Positions 38,527 through 47,128 of a DNA stretch of 64,000 nucleotides are shown here, piece by piece; within the stretch, counting starts at the first letter, position 1; every line of letters starts with the position of its first letter. The position numbers were made by a program, and so were the translations under genes. Source of the stretch: a virus; IMG/VR virus record IMGVR_UViG_3300045988_139374, positions 64,001 through 128,000 of that record, one strand, 5' to 3'. Below the pieces are notes generated by a model, which was given only the letters and a program-made list of their open reading frames with translations, was not told the origin of the DNA and searched no databases.

Positions 38527-40131
38527 TTAATTTTCAAAATCCTCAAGATTAATCTTTACATTAGGCTTAGACTTGAGCATTTCGATCATAGGATTAGAAT
38601 ACTCTTTGGTATCATCCTTAGGAGGTTCAGGATCCTTCTTTTCTTCCTCCTTATCCTCAATGGGATTCATAGCATCGATGACCCATTCATCGCTCTCACG
38701 ATTATAGAATGCCTTGCATACCTTTCCTTCATGCACAGTATAAGGTGTGCATACGATGGTATTGATAATAGACGGATCCTTTGCTCCTTCATATGCATTC
38801 TTTACTGCATCGATGTCAGAGTTATCATTCACGACAAAATACAATACATCTTCTTCCATCTCTTCTTTAGGAGGAAGCTTTGCAACAATCTCATATTCGA
38901 TATTATCTTCTTCTTCATCAGATTCAGAATCAGAAGAATCATCTGCAGGATTCTCAAGTTCCTTAGGTTCATCATGAGATTCCTCAGGAATGCTCTCTTC
39001 AATAGTATTGTCGTGAATGATCTGCTTCATCTGATCGAAGTTAATCTCTTCAGGCTGCTCAGGTTCAACCGATTTCGGTTCCTCTACAACTTCAGGAACT
39101 ACTGCAACAGTTTCAGGCTCAACTTCAGGTACAGATACAGTGGGAGCAGGTTCAGCATAGCTGATTTCCTCAGCAGGATGCTTCTGAAGCATAGCTTCTT
39201 CTTCCTTCTTTTTCTGCTCTTCCTTCCACTGATCATAGGTGATGCCCATCATCTTTTCATCAAAGATAATAGTATCATTTTCCATAAGACGAACGATGCG
39301 CTTTCCACGATAAAGTCTGGTAGTCATATTCTTATTCTCCTCTTCATTTGTATTGATAGTGAAAATTCTACTTACTTCAGGAGGTTTTGCTAGGTCTCTA
39401 GCTCTATAAATTCTTCCACATTTCTTGCAGATTAATTTATTAAAGCCATCATCATAGTCAATCTCTCCACCACAAATTGTTCCATCATCTAATTCATTTC
39501 CACATTTGAGCTTTCTGCCATCAAGCTCATACAAATATGGAAAATCCAAGATTACTGGATGACAACCTACTCTAATTCCTACATTCATGAAGAAATTAAT
39601 GCCGATATCTTCCATTACATATTTGCCAATAATCTTTCTTGACAAAATATAGAAATAGTCATCAGCAATCTGATAAAATTCATCAAATGTAGTAATACGA
39701 TATACTCTTTCAAAGGATGCAATTGTTCCACACGGAGAACACTCGAATACCTTGCAACAATAAGGCTTAAGAAGCTCTTGGTTATGATATTCTGCAGGAT
39801 TATCAGTAATACCTACAGAATCAATTGCCACTTTGAATACTGCATTGGGTGCAGCAGGATGGATATAAACTAGTCGATTGGTGCCACCAGCAAATCTAGT
39901 AAATCCTCTGAAATGCATTACTTCATCAATCTTATCCATCTTATACTTATTATTTCCGGAGTATCTCGGAGATAAAATAAGTTTACGAATATAATCAATG
40001 TCCTGCATAGACATGAGGCTCAAAATTGGAACAGTACGCATCTTATCCCAATTGAATTGCTCAAGTGTAGTAGTTCCTCCATACATGACATTCATTAATT
40101 CTTTTTCTTCTTCAGATCTCAATATTATCAC
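38527..40131 (-). CDS. atypical protein-kinase-like protein with zinc ribbon and acidic Pro/Glu-rich tail
   Basis: G-loop-like FAGGTNRLVY, VAIK-like AVFKVAID, catalytic-loop-like MEDIGINFFMNVG, DFG-like VILDFPY, then CGNELDDGTICGG...CKKCG and an E/P/V-rich disordered region. The exact start is uncertain. Confidence 0.45.
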   Translation of the reverse strand: MIILRSEEEKELMNVMYGGTTTLEQFNWDKMRTVPILSLMSMQDIDYIRKLILSPRYSGNNKYKMDKIDEVMHFRGFTRFAGGTNRLVYIHPAAPNAVFKVAIDSVGITDNPAEYHNQELLKPYCCKVFECSPCGTIASFERVYRITTFDEFYQIADDYFYILSRKIIGKYVMEDIGINFFMNVGIRVGCHPVILDFPYLYELDGRKLKCGNELDDGTICGGEIDYDDGFNKLICKKCGRIYRARDLAKPPEVSRIFTINTNEEENKNMTTRLYRGKRIVRLMENDTIIFDEKMMGITYDQWKEEQKKKEEEAMLQKHPAEEISYAEPAPTVSVPEVEPETVAVVPEVVEEPKSVEPEQPEEINFDQMKQIIHDNTIEESIPEESHDEPKELENPADDSSDSESDEEEDNIEYEIVAKLPPKEEMEEDVLYFVVNDNSDIDAVKNAYEGAKDPSIINTIVCTPYTVHEGKVCKAFYNRESDEWVIDAMNPIEDKEEEKKDPEPPKDDTKEYSNPMIEMLKSKPNVKINLEDFEN

Positions 40132-41657
40132 CCCCCATAGAGTCGTACATCATTTTTCTGTTTTGCACCTTGCATTGCAATCATAAAACGATTATGGGCA
40201 TCTATTTCAGGTGTTTGTGGAACAACTCCTTCCGTTGTAACTACTGGTGGTGCGTTCTCCGGCACCCGGGACACCATATTTGTACTTCCATAGCTTGGTG
40301 TAGGCCTAGGTGTATTCATTGTCATAGCTTCTTTCTTATTCCTTTCATACACCTTTTTAAGAAGCTCCTCAATGGATACATATTCATCGTCTTTAGACGA
40401 AATAGGAATTTGAGTGTTCGATTCTCTAGCAAGACTTGCTCTGAAGTTATTAGTAGAATACTTATCATATCCTACTTTGGATCTCTTCTTTGCATCTCTC
40501 ATCGCAGACTGGATACGAAGAGAATATGCATTATCAAGGAACTGAGACAAAGTATAGTTAGTACCAGGTTCAAATCCCAATGCACGATCATGAGAATCTT
40601 TGATCTTCTGATGCATCTGTTCTGCATATGCAATTCTCTGAGGCATCTGCATTTCAAGATTGTCCAAATAATGACAAGCATCATATGCAGATCTAGTTTC
40701 CATATACTTATCATACTTCTCCTTTTCTTCAGGAGATGCACAAGTATAATTGAAGGGTTTTGCATGAGGCTGTTCTTTAACAGGGTCAAAATACTTTCTT
40801 GTTTTGTCTTCATCAAAGTCCTGATGCAAGTAAGTTGCTGCTGCTCTTGCAAGATCTGTGAAAACATTGATTTGATTGTTTCTGGCTTTTTCAAATTCCT
40901 CCTGACGTTTCTGGCTCATCATAGCTCCATACTGAGGATTACTATAGATAGGAGCTCCATAATAATCATATCCAACAACATAACCCTGAGGTTCCTGTAC
41001 TGCATCTTTACCAAGAACTTTTTCCATGATAGAAGCAGGATCTACGCTAGACGAATCTTCATAAAGAATTTCCTGAAGATCGAGGTTATAAGGATTCTGA
41101 CTATAAAGAGTTCTATTATAATAATTATAGAAGTTATACTGATTGAGACCAGAATTTTGTGCAGAATAATAAATATTATTAGTCCGCTTAGAAGGATCAT
41201 AAGGTTCAAATCCAAGCTGATTGGTATTAGCAGGATTCTGAACTGCAGACATAAAAGGATTATAACCCTGAGCTACAGAAGGAGGAGTGAATGTCTTTGT
41301 GACAGGATCATATCCACCTTGATTTACAGTTGCTCCACCCTGAATATATCCAGTATTCACTGCATTAGGGTTTACAGGATTATATCCAGATCCAGGGATA
41401 TTAGGATAAGCTGCTTGCTGCTGATGCATAGGAGGATTATATACTCCCATCATAGGCTGCTGTGGAGGAATAGTAACAGTAGTACCATTACTAAAGGTTG
41501 CTTCGATAGGAGTATTTACTCCAGGAATAATCTGACTCATCCCATTGCTATAGTTAGGATAAGAAGGAGGGTATCCATATCCTGGATACCCTCCAATACC
41601 ATAACCAGTATTAGGAGGAGTCATAAAATTACCTGAATACATATTTGTATCCATCAT
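40128..41657 (-). CDS. hypothetical protein with Y/G/P/N/Q-rich low-complexity N-terminal 200 aa
   Basis: 509-aa ORF with a GYGIGGYPGYGYPPSYPNYSNG...-type composition, followed by a helical-looking C-domain. Confidence 0.6.
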   Translation of the reverse strand: MMDTNMYSGNFMTPPNTGYGIGGYPGYGYPPSYPNYSNGMSQIIPGVNTPIEATFSNGTTVTIPPQQPMMGVYNPPMHQQQAAYPNIPGSGYNPVNPNAVNTGYIQGGATVNQGGYDPVTKTFTPPSVAQGYNPFMSAVQNPANTNQLGFEPYDPSKRTNNIYYSAQNSGLNQYNFYNYYNRTLYSQNPYNLDLQEILYEDSSSVDPASIMEKVLGKDAVQEPQGYVVGYDYYGAPIYSNPQYGAMMSQKRQEEFEKARNNQINVFTDLARAAATYLHQDFDEDKTRKYFDPVKEQPHAKPFNYTCASPEEKEKYDKYMETRSAYDACHYLDNLEMQMPQRIAYAEQMHQKIKDSHDRALGFEPGTNYTLSQFLDNAYSLRIQSAMRDAKKRSKVGYDKYSTNNFRASLARESNTQIPISSKDDEYVSIEELLKKVYERNKKEAMTMNTPRPTPSYGSTNMVSRVPENAPPVVTTEGVVPQTPEIDAHNRFMIAMQGAKQKNDVRLYGG

Positions 41658-41688
41658 TAGCTTTTATGATCTCCTTTTCTGTTTTAAT

Positions 41689-41729
41689 TGAACTCTTCTC
41701 CTGAATCGTTCATAGTTATAATATCTTTT
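41689..41729 (-). promoter_or_regulatory. promoter-like motif AAAAGATATTATAA-cta-TGA plus hairpin TGAAC/GTTCA
   Basis: Read on the minus strand. Lies immediately after the stop of the upstream gene and before gene 40128..41657. Confidence 0.45.
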
Positions 41730-41731
41730 TA

Positions 41732-42637
41732 TTATTCAAATTCGTTATCAGAAGTTTCCTTAAGATTGATACTATTGTTATAGATAGTATTTGCATCTCT
41801 AAAGTTGTCAATCAACACATTAGGATTCTCACCAGAAAGGAGAGCAGTCTCCAGAACACAAGCTTCATAATTCAGATCGCCCATGAACATTCTGAACAGA
41901 AAATTGAATCCTTTATAGAAATTCTCAGCATCCTTTGCAGTCATATAAGGAATCATACGAGGAATTACTCCACAAGCAAAAGTATTGTGAACAGATGCAC
42001 CATAATTATTAACTGCAGATGCAATATAAAGATGGAAAAGTCCAGAGTTCACAATATCCTCAATCTCCTTAGGAGCTTTACGGAAAACATCGTCAACGAT
42101 CCCAGCAATATCGTACTTAATATAATCATTAGCACTATATTCATCGAAATTAAAGGGCTTGACACCATAATTTCCAGCTAGATCATTTACGCTCTTAGCA
42201 ATAGACCAGAACAGATTGTTAGAAGCCTGAACAAAAGAGCTAACAATAGTTCTAGAAATAGTATCAGCATTATCAGATGCTGTACGAACAGTATCTTTTC
42301 TGCACAGGAATGCAGTATCTGCAGGAATCTTAGAAAGCTCAAAGTTATATCTGTCTGCAATATCACAGAAGCAAGCTCTAACAGTATTAGAGCCACTTGC
42401 ATTATCATCATAGCAATACAGAGTGACATTATCAAAAGTCACTGCAGGCTTATTGGGAACATACTTAGGCTGATCAACTTCTTCAGACTTAACTTCTTCA
42501 AGAGGAGAAGCAATAGTAGTGACGTTCATCCCTTCATGGATCTTAATGCCCATGGATTCAATGAACTTTCTAACATCTTTAGGATTGTTACCATTGTAGA
42601 TCTTATTGGGAATGATTTTCTTAGCGTTGTTCATCAT
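41732..42637 (-). CDS. hypothetical protein
   Basis: 301-aa ORF with RBS AGAAAGGAAA. Confidence 0.6.
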   Translation of the reverse strand: MMNNAKKIIPNKIYNGNNPKDVRKFIESMGIKIHEGMNVTTIASPLEEVKSEEVDQPKYVPNKPAVTFDNVTLYCYDDNASGSNTVRACFCDIADRYNFELSKIPADTAFLCRKDTVRTASDNADTISRTIVSSFVQASNNLFWSIAKSVNDLAGNYGVKPFNFDEYSANDYIKYDIAGIVDDVFRKAPKEIEDIVNSGLFHLYIASAVNNYGASVHNTFACGVIPRMIPYMTAKDAENFYKGFNFLFRMFMGDLNYEACVLETALLSGENPNVLIDNFRDANTIYNNSINLKETSDNEFE

Positions 42638-42662
42638 AATAATTTTCCTTTCTTTTTAGAGC

Positions 42663-43007
42663 TTATTTATCGAAATCATCTGTGGAATCATGATCCACAT
42701 ATGATTCATTCATCATTTCAGACATTGCATCAAAGTCTTCTTCAGAAGGATCAAATCCATTATCAATTTCTTCCGTCATCTTTTTGCAATAATCTTCGCA
42801 GAATTGATTAAGATCAATACCTTGCTGCTTGAGTTTAATTCTTTCAGCCATATAGATCATAAAAGTATATTTATGAATCTTATCCTGAGTAAAATCAATA
42901 AGCGTAAGGATGTCTTTGATATCGCCTAATCTAATAACAATAAGTGCTAAAAGAATAGCAATGCAGCCAAATGCTCCCCAAAAGCAGATGTAATTATACA
43001 TAGTCAT
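42663..43007 (-). CDS. small membrane protein
   Basis: N-terminal TM ICFWGAFGCIAILLALIVI and an acidic C-terminus. RBS GGAGG. Confidence 0.55.
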   Translation of the reverse strand: MTMYNYICFWGAFGCIAILLALIVIRLGDIKDILTLIDFTQDKIHKYTFMIYMAERIKLKQQGIDLNQFCEDYCKKMTEEIDNGFDPSEEDFDAMSEMMNESYVDHDSTDDFDK

Positions 43008-43476
43008 CTAAATTTTTACCTCCATCCATCTTAAGCATCCCAATTAGGGCATCTAAGAATTTATTCTGTATAGATATTGTTGTACCCACATTAAAATCTA
43101 ATAATGTAAAAGGTTTAATAATAATATTTGTTTTATTACTTTCTCCTTCTACGCTTAATTGACATGGATAGTTGTAAGTATTTTCATAGCATCCTACACT
43201 TACAATGTTTCCATCTTGATTATATTTAGATTTAAATATAAGAGAAGTAATTAATTTATACATGGATTCAGATTCCATTTTTATAGTTACCACTTCTCCT
43301 CCAAGTAAATCCAATATAGTAATCATATGGACATAAGTAGAGATAAACCTTCTTTCAGGATGTTCAGGATCATAGTCATAATCCGAAATCTTAGATGAAA
43401 GATAGACCTTGTGATCAAAAGTCCATTCTCCAATTTTATTGATTACCTGGTCTATTAAACTCCCGATATTTTCCAT
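42994..43476 (-). CDS. hypothetical protein
   Basis: 160-aa ORF that overlaps its neighbours by 14 and 41 nt. Confidence 0.5.
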   Translation of the reverse strand: MENIGSLIDQVINKIGEWTFDHKVYLSSKISDYDYDPEHPERRFISTYVHMITILDLLGGEVVTIKMESESMYKLITSLIFKSKYNQDGNIVSVGCYENTYNYPCQLSVEGESNKTNIIIKPFTLLDFNVGTTISIQNKFLDALIGMLKMDGGKNLDDYV

Positions 43477-44185
43477 TCCTGTTCACCAAACTTAAATACT
43501 CATTCATATTGAATCTAGAATAGTCAAAACGTACTGCAAGTTTACCACTAGTAGTACAATCCCTATTTTCAATATAGGATTTAATAAATGTAGTAGAATA
43601 ATTATCTACTGTATTATTGCACATAGCGATAAAATAAGCTAGTTCATTAGTGATGTCTTCTCCAATAAATGGATTACTTCTAACAAACATTTCTTTAGCA
43701 TGTTCTAGAGCCGGAATATCTTTAATATTTACATGACCTTTTACATGATAAAACTCAAGTGGAATCTGATTAGCCAAAATAGTATAGATAATATCCATAT
43801 AGTAATTCTGATTTTTGATTCTACCTTTAGGTCCTAAAACATTTCCATAGTTATTTGTATCAATTACCCATCTATAGAGCCATTCTCTAATACCAATAAT
43901 AGCATTCTGATTATCTCCAAAGATCTTAATTCTATATCCTTTATACTTAACAGCTGCCTGCACTCCTAATAGAAGTGCATACAATTCTCCTTGCTGTGAA
44001 GTAGAGTTTAAAAGAATTGTCGCACCTTGCTCAATACACATATCGTTATGATAAACACAATATGCTGGAGCTGTATATGGAACATTAATGCCTTTAGAGA
44101 AATCTGGATTCTGTGATGAGGCATCTGTAAAAATACAGATAGTCTCATCATTAAAAAATTCTTCTTTAGTAGCGATTTTATACAC
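43436..44185 (-). CDS. RNase H1-like ribonuclease
   Basis: DEDD-type layout: IFTDAS, QQGELYALL, IFGDNQNAI, YHVKGHVN. GTG start. Confidence 0.7.
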   Translation of the reverse strand: MYKIATKEEFFNDETICIFTDASSQNPDFSKGINVPYTAPAYCVYHNDMCIEQGATILLNSTSQQGELYALLLGVQAAVKYKGYRIKIFGDNQNAIIGIREWLYRWVIDTNNYGNVLGPKGRIKNQNYYMDIIYTILANQIPLEFYHVKGHVNIKDIPALEHAKEMFVRSNPFIGEDITNELAYFIAMCNNTVDNYSTTFIKSYIENRDCTTSGKLAVRFDYSRFNMNEYLSLVNRNGKYREFNRPGNQ

Positions 44186-44216
44186 TATTCATCACCATTC
44201 CTTTCTTTATAAGTAT

Positions 44217-44265
44217 ATTGAAGAAATAATAAATCTTAACTTCTTCAATATTATAATATCTGATT
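44217..44265 (-). promoter_or_regulatory. promoter-like motif AATCAGATATTATAA-tat-TGA plus 9-bp hairpin
   Basis: Read on the minus strand. Hairpin ATTGAAGAA/TTCTTCAAT. Lies upstream of the RNase H gene. Confidence 0.55.
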
Positions 44266-44269
44266 ATAA

Positions 44270-44305
44270 TAAAAATTAAAACCCAAGAGGATTACTCCTC
44301 TTGGG
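44270..44305 (-). terminator. intrinsic terminator CCCAAGAGG/CCTCTTGGG + T-run
   Basis: 9-bp stem followed on the minus strand by TTTTAATTTTT. Confidence 0.75.
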
Positions 44306-44312
44306 ATAATTA

Positions 44313-44636
44313 TTATCTAGGAATACAGAGCATTTTCCATTTAATAGTCATGTTTGTAGTACTAACCAATTTATATCCATTATCATAATTTCCAAGTTTC
44401 CATACGTAAAACATTTGCATTGTATCATATGGAAAATCATTACTTGGTGTTGTAGATATGAATGATAATCCTGGATATATATCATATGGGATTGCCCACA
44501 TTGATAATACCCAATATTTATACACATCTAGATCTCCAGAGTACGATCCATTATAATCATGCCCATTTAAAGTTATAAGTTGTGTGGTAGATGTAGAAAC
44601 TGTTGTAAGGTTCTTCACTTTAATAGAAGCGTCAGA
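44313..44636 (-). other. cassette 3: ORF opening SDASIKVKNL..., no ATG and no RBS at the conserved junction
   Basis: Open from the codon after TAG (44637..44639). Begins with the box TGACGCTTCTA (44624..44634). The track's GTG start at 44618 has no SD. In the same frame as cassette 2, separated from it only by TAA-TTA-AAA-TAG. Confidence 0.5.
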
Positions 44637-44645
44637 CTATTTTAA

Positions 44646-45089
44646 TTATTTATTCACCCAATGATCTATATTATTCATATCATCATTATAAGTACTATTA
44701 TCTTTAATATACCAAAATTTGCATATAATAGGATTATTATAATCACGATATACTGATGTAGCAGAAATTGTTTCATCTATTGATAGATAAATACGACACC
44801 CATTATACATACCATAATATTTACTAAGTCCAAGGTCTGTTAATTCATCTCCTGGAAAAATAATCGCTGTATACCTATATAAGCTACTAACATTTCCAGC
44901 TATTTCTTTAATGGCATAACAAGGATATGCTTGTAAAACAACTATTGTATTTCTTAGCTGTGCATAATATTTTGTGGATGACTGTGGGATCTTGCACGTT
45001 CCACTTTCAATCTTAGAAGCGTCATACTCATTAAACATAGATAATATTTGCATGGTATGAAGTATCATAAGATGATGATGTACCATCAC
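44646..45089 (-). CDS. cassette 2: ORF containing YDASKIESG... junction
   Basis: The only cassette with upstream ATGs. The first 21 codons overlap the end of cassette 1 in another frame. Box TGACGCTTCTA at 45014..45024. Confidence 0.4.
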   Translation of the reverse strand: MMVHHHLMILHTMQILSMFNEYDASKIESGTCKIPQSSTKYYAQLRNTIVVLQAYPCYAIKEIAGNVSSLYRYTAIIFPGDELTDLGLSKYYGMYNGCRIYLSIDETISATSVYRDYNNPIICKFWYIKDNSTYNDDMNNIDHWVNK

Positions 45090-45255
45090 TCCAATGTTTT
45101 ATCCATCTACAATATAATTTTCCTTTATTTTGATAAACCCAGTCTGCATCATGGCTTACATCATCTAATATATCAAATCCTATCAATGTACCATTTAATG
45201 TATATCCATCTTTAGTAATATAAATATTACTAAGCTTCTTTATAGAAGCGTCAAA
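45031..45255 (-). other. cassette 1: 74-codon ORF FDASIKKLSNIYITKDG... with no Met, GTG or RBS
   Basis: Hand translation. Preceded in frame by TGA TAA and begins with the box TGACGCTTCTA (45243..45253). Absent from the ORF track because it has no start codon. Confidence 0.45.
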
Positions 45256-45257
45256 TT

Positions 45258-45303
45258 ATCAAAAAAAAAATAAAATGAGTGAAGATTTTATTCTTCACTC
45301 ATT
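45258..45303 (-). terminator. intrinsic terminator AATGAGTGAAGA/TCTTCACTCATT + T10
   Basis: 12-bp stem followed on the minus strand by TTTATTTTTTTTTT. Lies between gene 45311..45868 and cassette 1. Confidence 0.8.
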
Positions 45304-45310
45304 CTTTCAG

Positions 45311-45868
45311 TTATTTCTGAATGTCGGTGTATCTTGTAAATATATCGTATGCTCTATGAATAAGATTGGTATATTGTCCTTTAAAACTAAGATCATATAA
45401 TTCATGAATAACATCTGTTCCGATAATATTCATATCTTTATCGTACCTAATAATATTAATATTAGGTATAGTATTTATCGAAAACTGATATCCATATTTA
45501 GCTTTATACATATCTGTATTGAAAATAAGGTTGTTAAACTGTCCATTGCACACATCCATACATGGAATAACATTTACATCTACATCTTTTTTACCTGCTC
45601 TCATAGTATAGCTAGTATTAGGCGAAGCTATTCTAATATAACCATCAACAGAAACTCGAATATATCCATCTAATTTAAATTTATCACCATTTACATGGCA
45701 TAATACATATAAAATATTTCCTTTAATACGTTGAAAAGCTACTTCATCTTTATAATCTCTATTTCCAATAGGAATATTTTTTGGAATGATTGTTCCTAAA
45801 TCTCCATAGGTGAAAAAATCATTATTTTCACAATTAATTTCAGCGGTCAATGCACTAGTAATACCCAT
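45311..45868 (-). CDS. hypothetical protein
   Basis: 185-aa ORF with RBS AGAAAGGAAAA. Confidence 0.6.
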   Translation of the reverse strand: MGITSALTAEINCENNDFFTYGDLGTIIPKNIPIGNRDYKDEVAFQRIKGNILYVLCHVNGDKFKLDGYIRVSVDGYIRIASPNTSYTMRAGKKDVDVNVIPCMDVCNGQFNNLIFNTDMYKAKYGYQFSINTIPNINIIRYDKDMNIIGTDVIHELYDLSFKGQYTNLIHRAYDIFTRYTDIQK

Positions 45869-45902
45869 AATTCATTTTCCTTTCTGTTATGAAATAATTA
45901 TT

Positions 45903-45942
45903 ATGAATAGATATTTTCTATTCATATTTATAATATCTAATT
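45903..45942 (-). promoter_or_regulatory. promoter-like motif AATTAGATATTATAA-ata-TGA plus hairpin ATGAATAGA/TCTATTCAT
   Basis: Read on the minus strand. The first 28 nt are nearly identical to the copy at 26291. Confidence 0.55.
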
Positions 45943-45980
45943 AAAACAAAATTTCCGGTAGAGATTAAATCTCTACCGGA
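45943..45980 (-). terminator. intrinsic terminator TCCGGTAGAGAT/ATCTCTACCGGA
   Basis: 12-bp stem with T-rich tracts on both sides. Confidence 0.75.
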
Positions 45981-45987
45981 TTTATTT

Positions 45988-46764
45988 TTAAACTGTCATG
46001 ATTAGAGGAATACTCTTATTATTAGCACTAACGTAATTAGATTCAAGATAATCAATTACATTATCTCTCTTACTAGCTTCATTCTCAAGATTTCCAATCT
46101 TAAGATCTAGAGTTGAAAATACTGTTTCCAATCCATCCCAATATTTTAAGTTATTAGAGAGGAAAGCTGCAACGTCAGCTTGAGCTAATTGTTCAAACTT
46201 TTCCATTGCAGTAGCAGGAATACTAGTAAGAGAATCTAAATGCTTTAGCAGAAGAATGATATTAAATTCTCCAATTGATACATCATAGTTGCCAGTTGCA
46301 ACTAGACGAATTCTATTAGGAGGTTCAAATTCAGGAATGATCTGATTACTAAACATAGAAGCATAATCAGCTCTTCCTTTCATTCCTAGGATATCATCCA
46401 TAGTAAAGTTTGCTGCTAGACCAGCATCTATAGTGCCATATCCAAAAGTTTGTGCAAGTCCAATAGATCTATTTCCATATTTGGTCCAATCTATATCTCC
46501 TACACCAAGAATAGTTTGCCCACCAATGAAATCTTCATTGATATAATACCAGCCTTCTTTTTTAGGAGCTGTTTGCTCATTAATCTTAAAAGAAAGCTTT
46601 CTAGGACAATATCTAGAATATGTAGTAAGAGAATCTTCTTTAATAACATTTGCCCAAGCATCTTTTCCAAATTCTGCAGGCAAATGCTTAGTAAGAGGAA
46701 TAAGTCCTAATCTCCACTCAATTTTATCTACCAATTTTGCAATATTATTTTGATATCCAGCCAT
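45988..46764 (-). CDS. hypothetical (head-module) protein
   Basis: 258-aa ORF downstream of the prohead protease. Confidence 0.55.
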   Translation of the reverse strand: MAGYQNNIAKLVDKIEWRLGLIPLTKHLPAEFGKDAWANVIKEDSLTTYSRYCPRKLSFKINEQTAPKKEGWYYINEDFIGGQTILGVGDIDWTKYGNRSIGLAQTFGYGTIDAGLAANFTMDDILGMKGRADYASMFSNQIIPEFEPPNRIRLVATGNYDVSIGEFNIILLLKHLDSLTSIPATAMEKFEQLAQADVAAFLSNNLKYWDGLETVFSTLDLKIGNLENEASKRDNVIDYLESNYVSANNKSIPLIMTV

Positions 46765-46771
46765 AGGTCAT

Positions 46772-47107
46772 TTAACCTACTTTCTTAATAACAATGGATC
46801 CATTATTACATTCAATCTTATATTGATTAGGACACACAGAATCGATGGTAGATTGTAGCAAACCTACAACTACATTAGCAATGAAAGGTTCAAGAAATTT
46901 ATTAAAGAATTTATCATTAGTAAGAGCAACATCAACTTGCATACCATCATCAGAAATGGTAGTGCAAACATGGAGTTTCTTCTTAGTGGTATCTTTTTCT
47001 TTACAAAGATCTTGATATTCTTCTACACAATTCAAATCATCAATACAAGGTGTAATAACAGAATTTAGTTTATCAATATCTTCATTGGTAAATTTCTGTG
47101 TACTCAT
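46772..47107 (-). CDS. hypothetical protein
   Basis: I prefer ATG 47107 (GGAG 8 nt upstream) over the track's TTG at 47113. Confidence 0.55.
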   Translation of the reverse strand: MSTQKFTNEDIDKLNSVITPCIDDLNCVEEYQDLCKEKDTTKKKLHVCTTISDDGMQVDVALTNDKFFNKFLEPFIANVVVGLLQSTIDSVCPNQYKIECNNGSIVIKKVG

Positions 47108-47128
47108 AATCAATTCTCCTTTCGTAGA

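Noticed and set aside
38731-39393. 220-aa + strand ORF (also 61647..62288 on the minus strand and 213..647 on the plus strand)
   Set aside because: All are antisense shadows of better-supported genes on the opposite strand.
40170-41636. 488-aa + strand ORF
   Set aside because: It is antisense to the 509-aa minus-strand gene, which has a proper start context. The product is Ile/Arg/Cys-rich nonsense-like sequence.
44313-45303. Invertible (Mu G-segment/shufflon-type) switch for the three cassettes
   Set aside because: The three 11-nt boxes are all in direct orientation. I saw no inverted copy and no recombinase gene nearby, so simple inversion switching is not supported.
44313-45303. Alternative 3' splice sites of a group I intron (each box is preceded by G)
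   Set aside because: No group I core elements (R/S-like sequences) lie upstream of the cassettes. Only a protein-coding gene and a terminator do.
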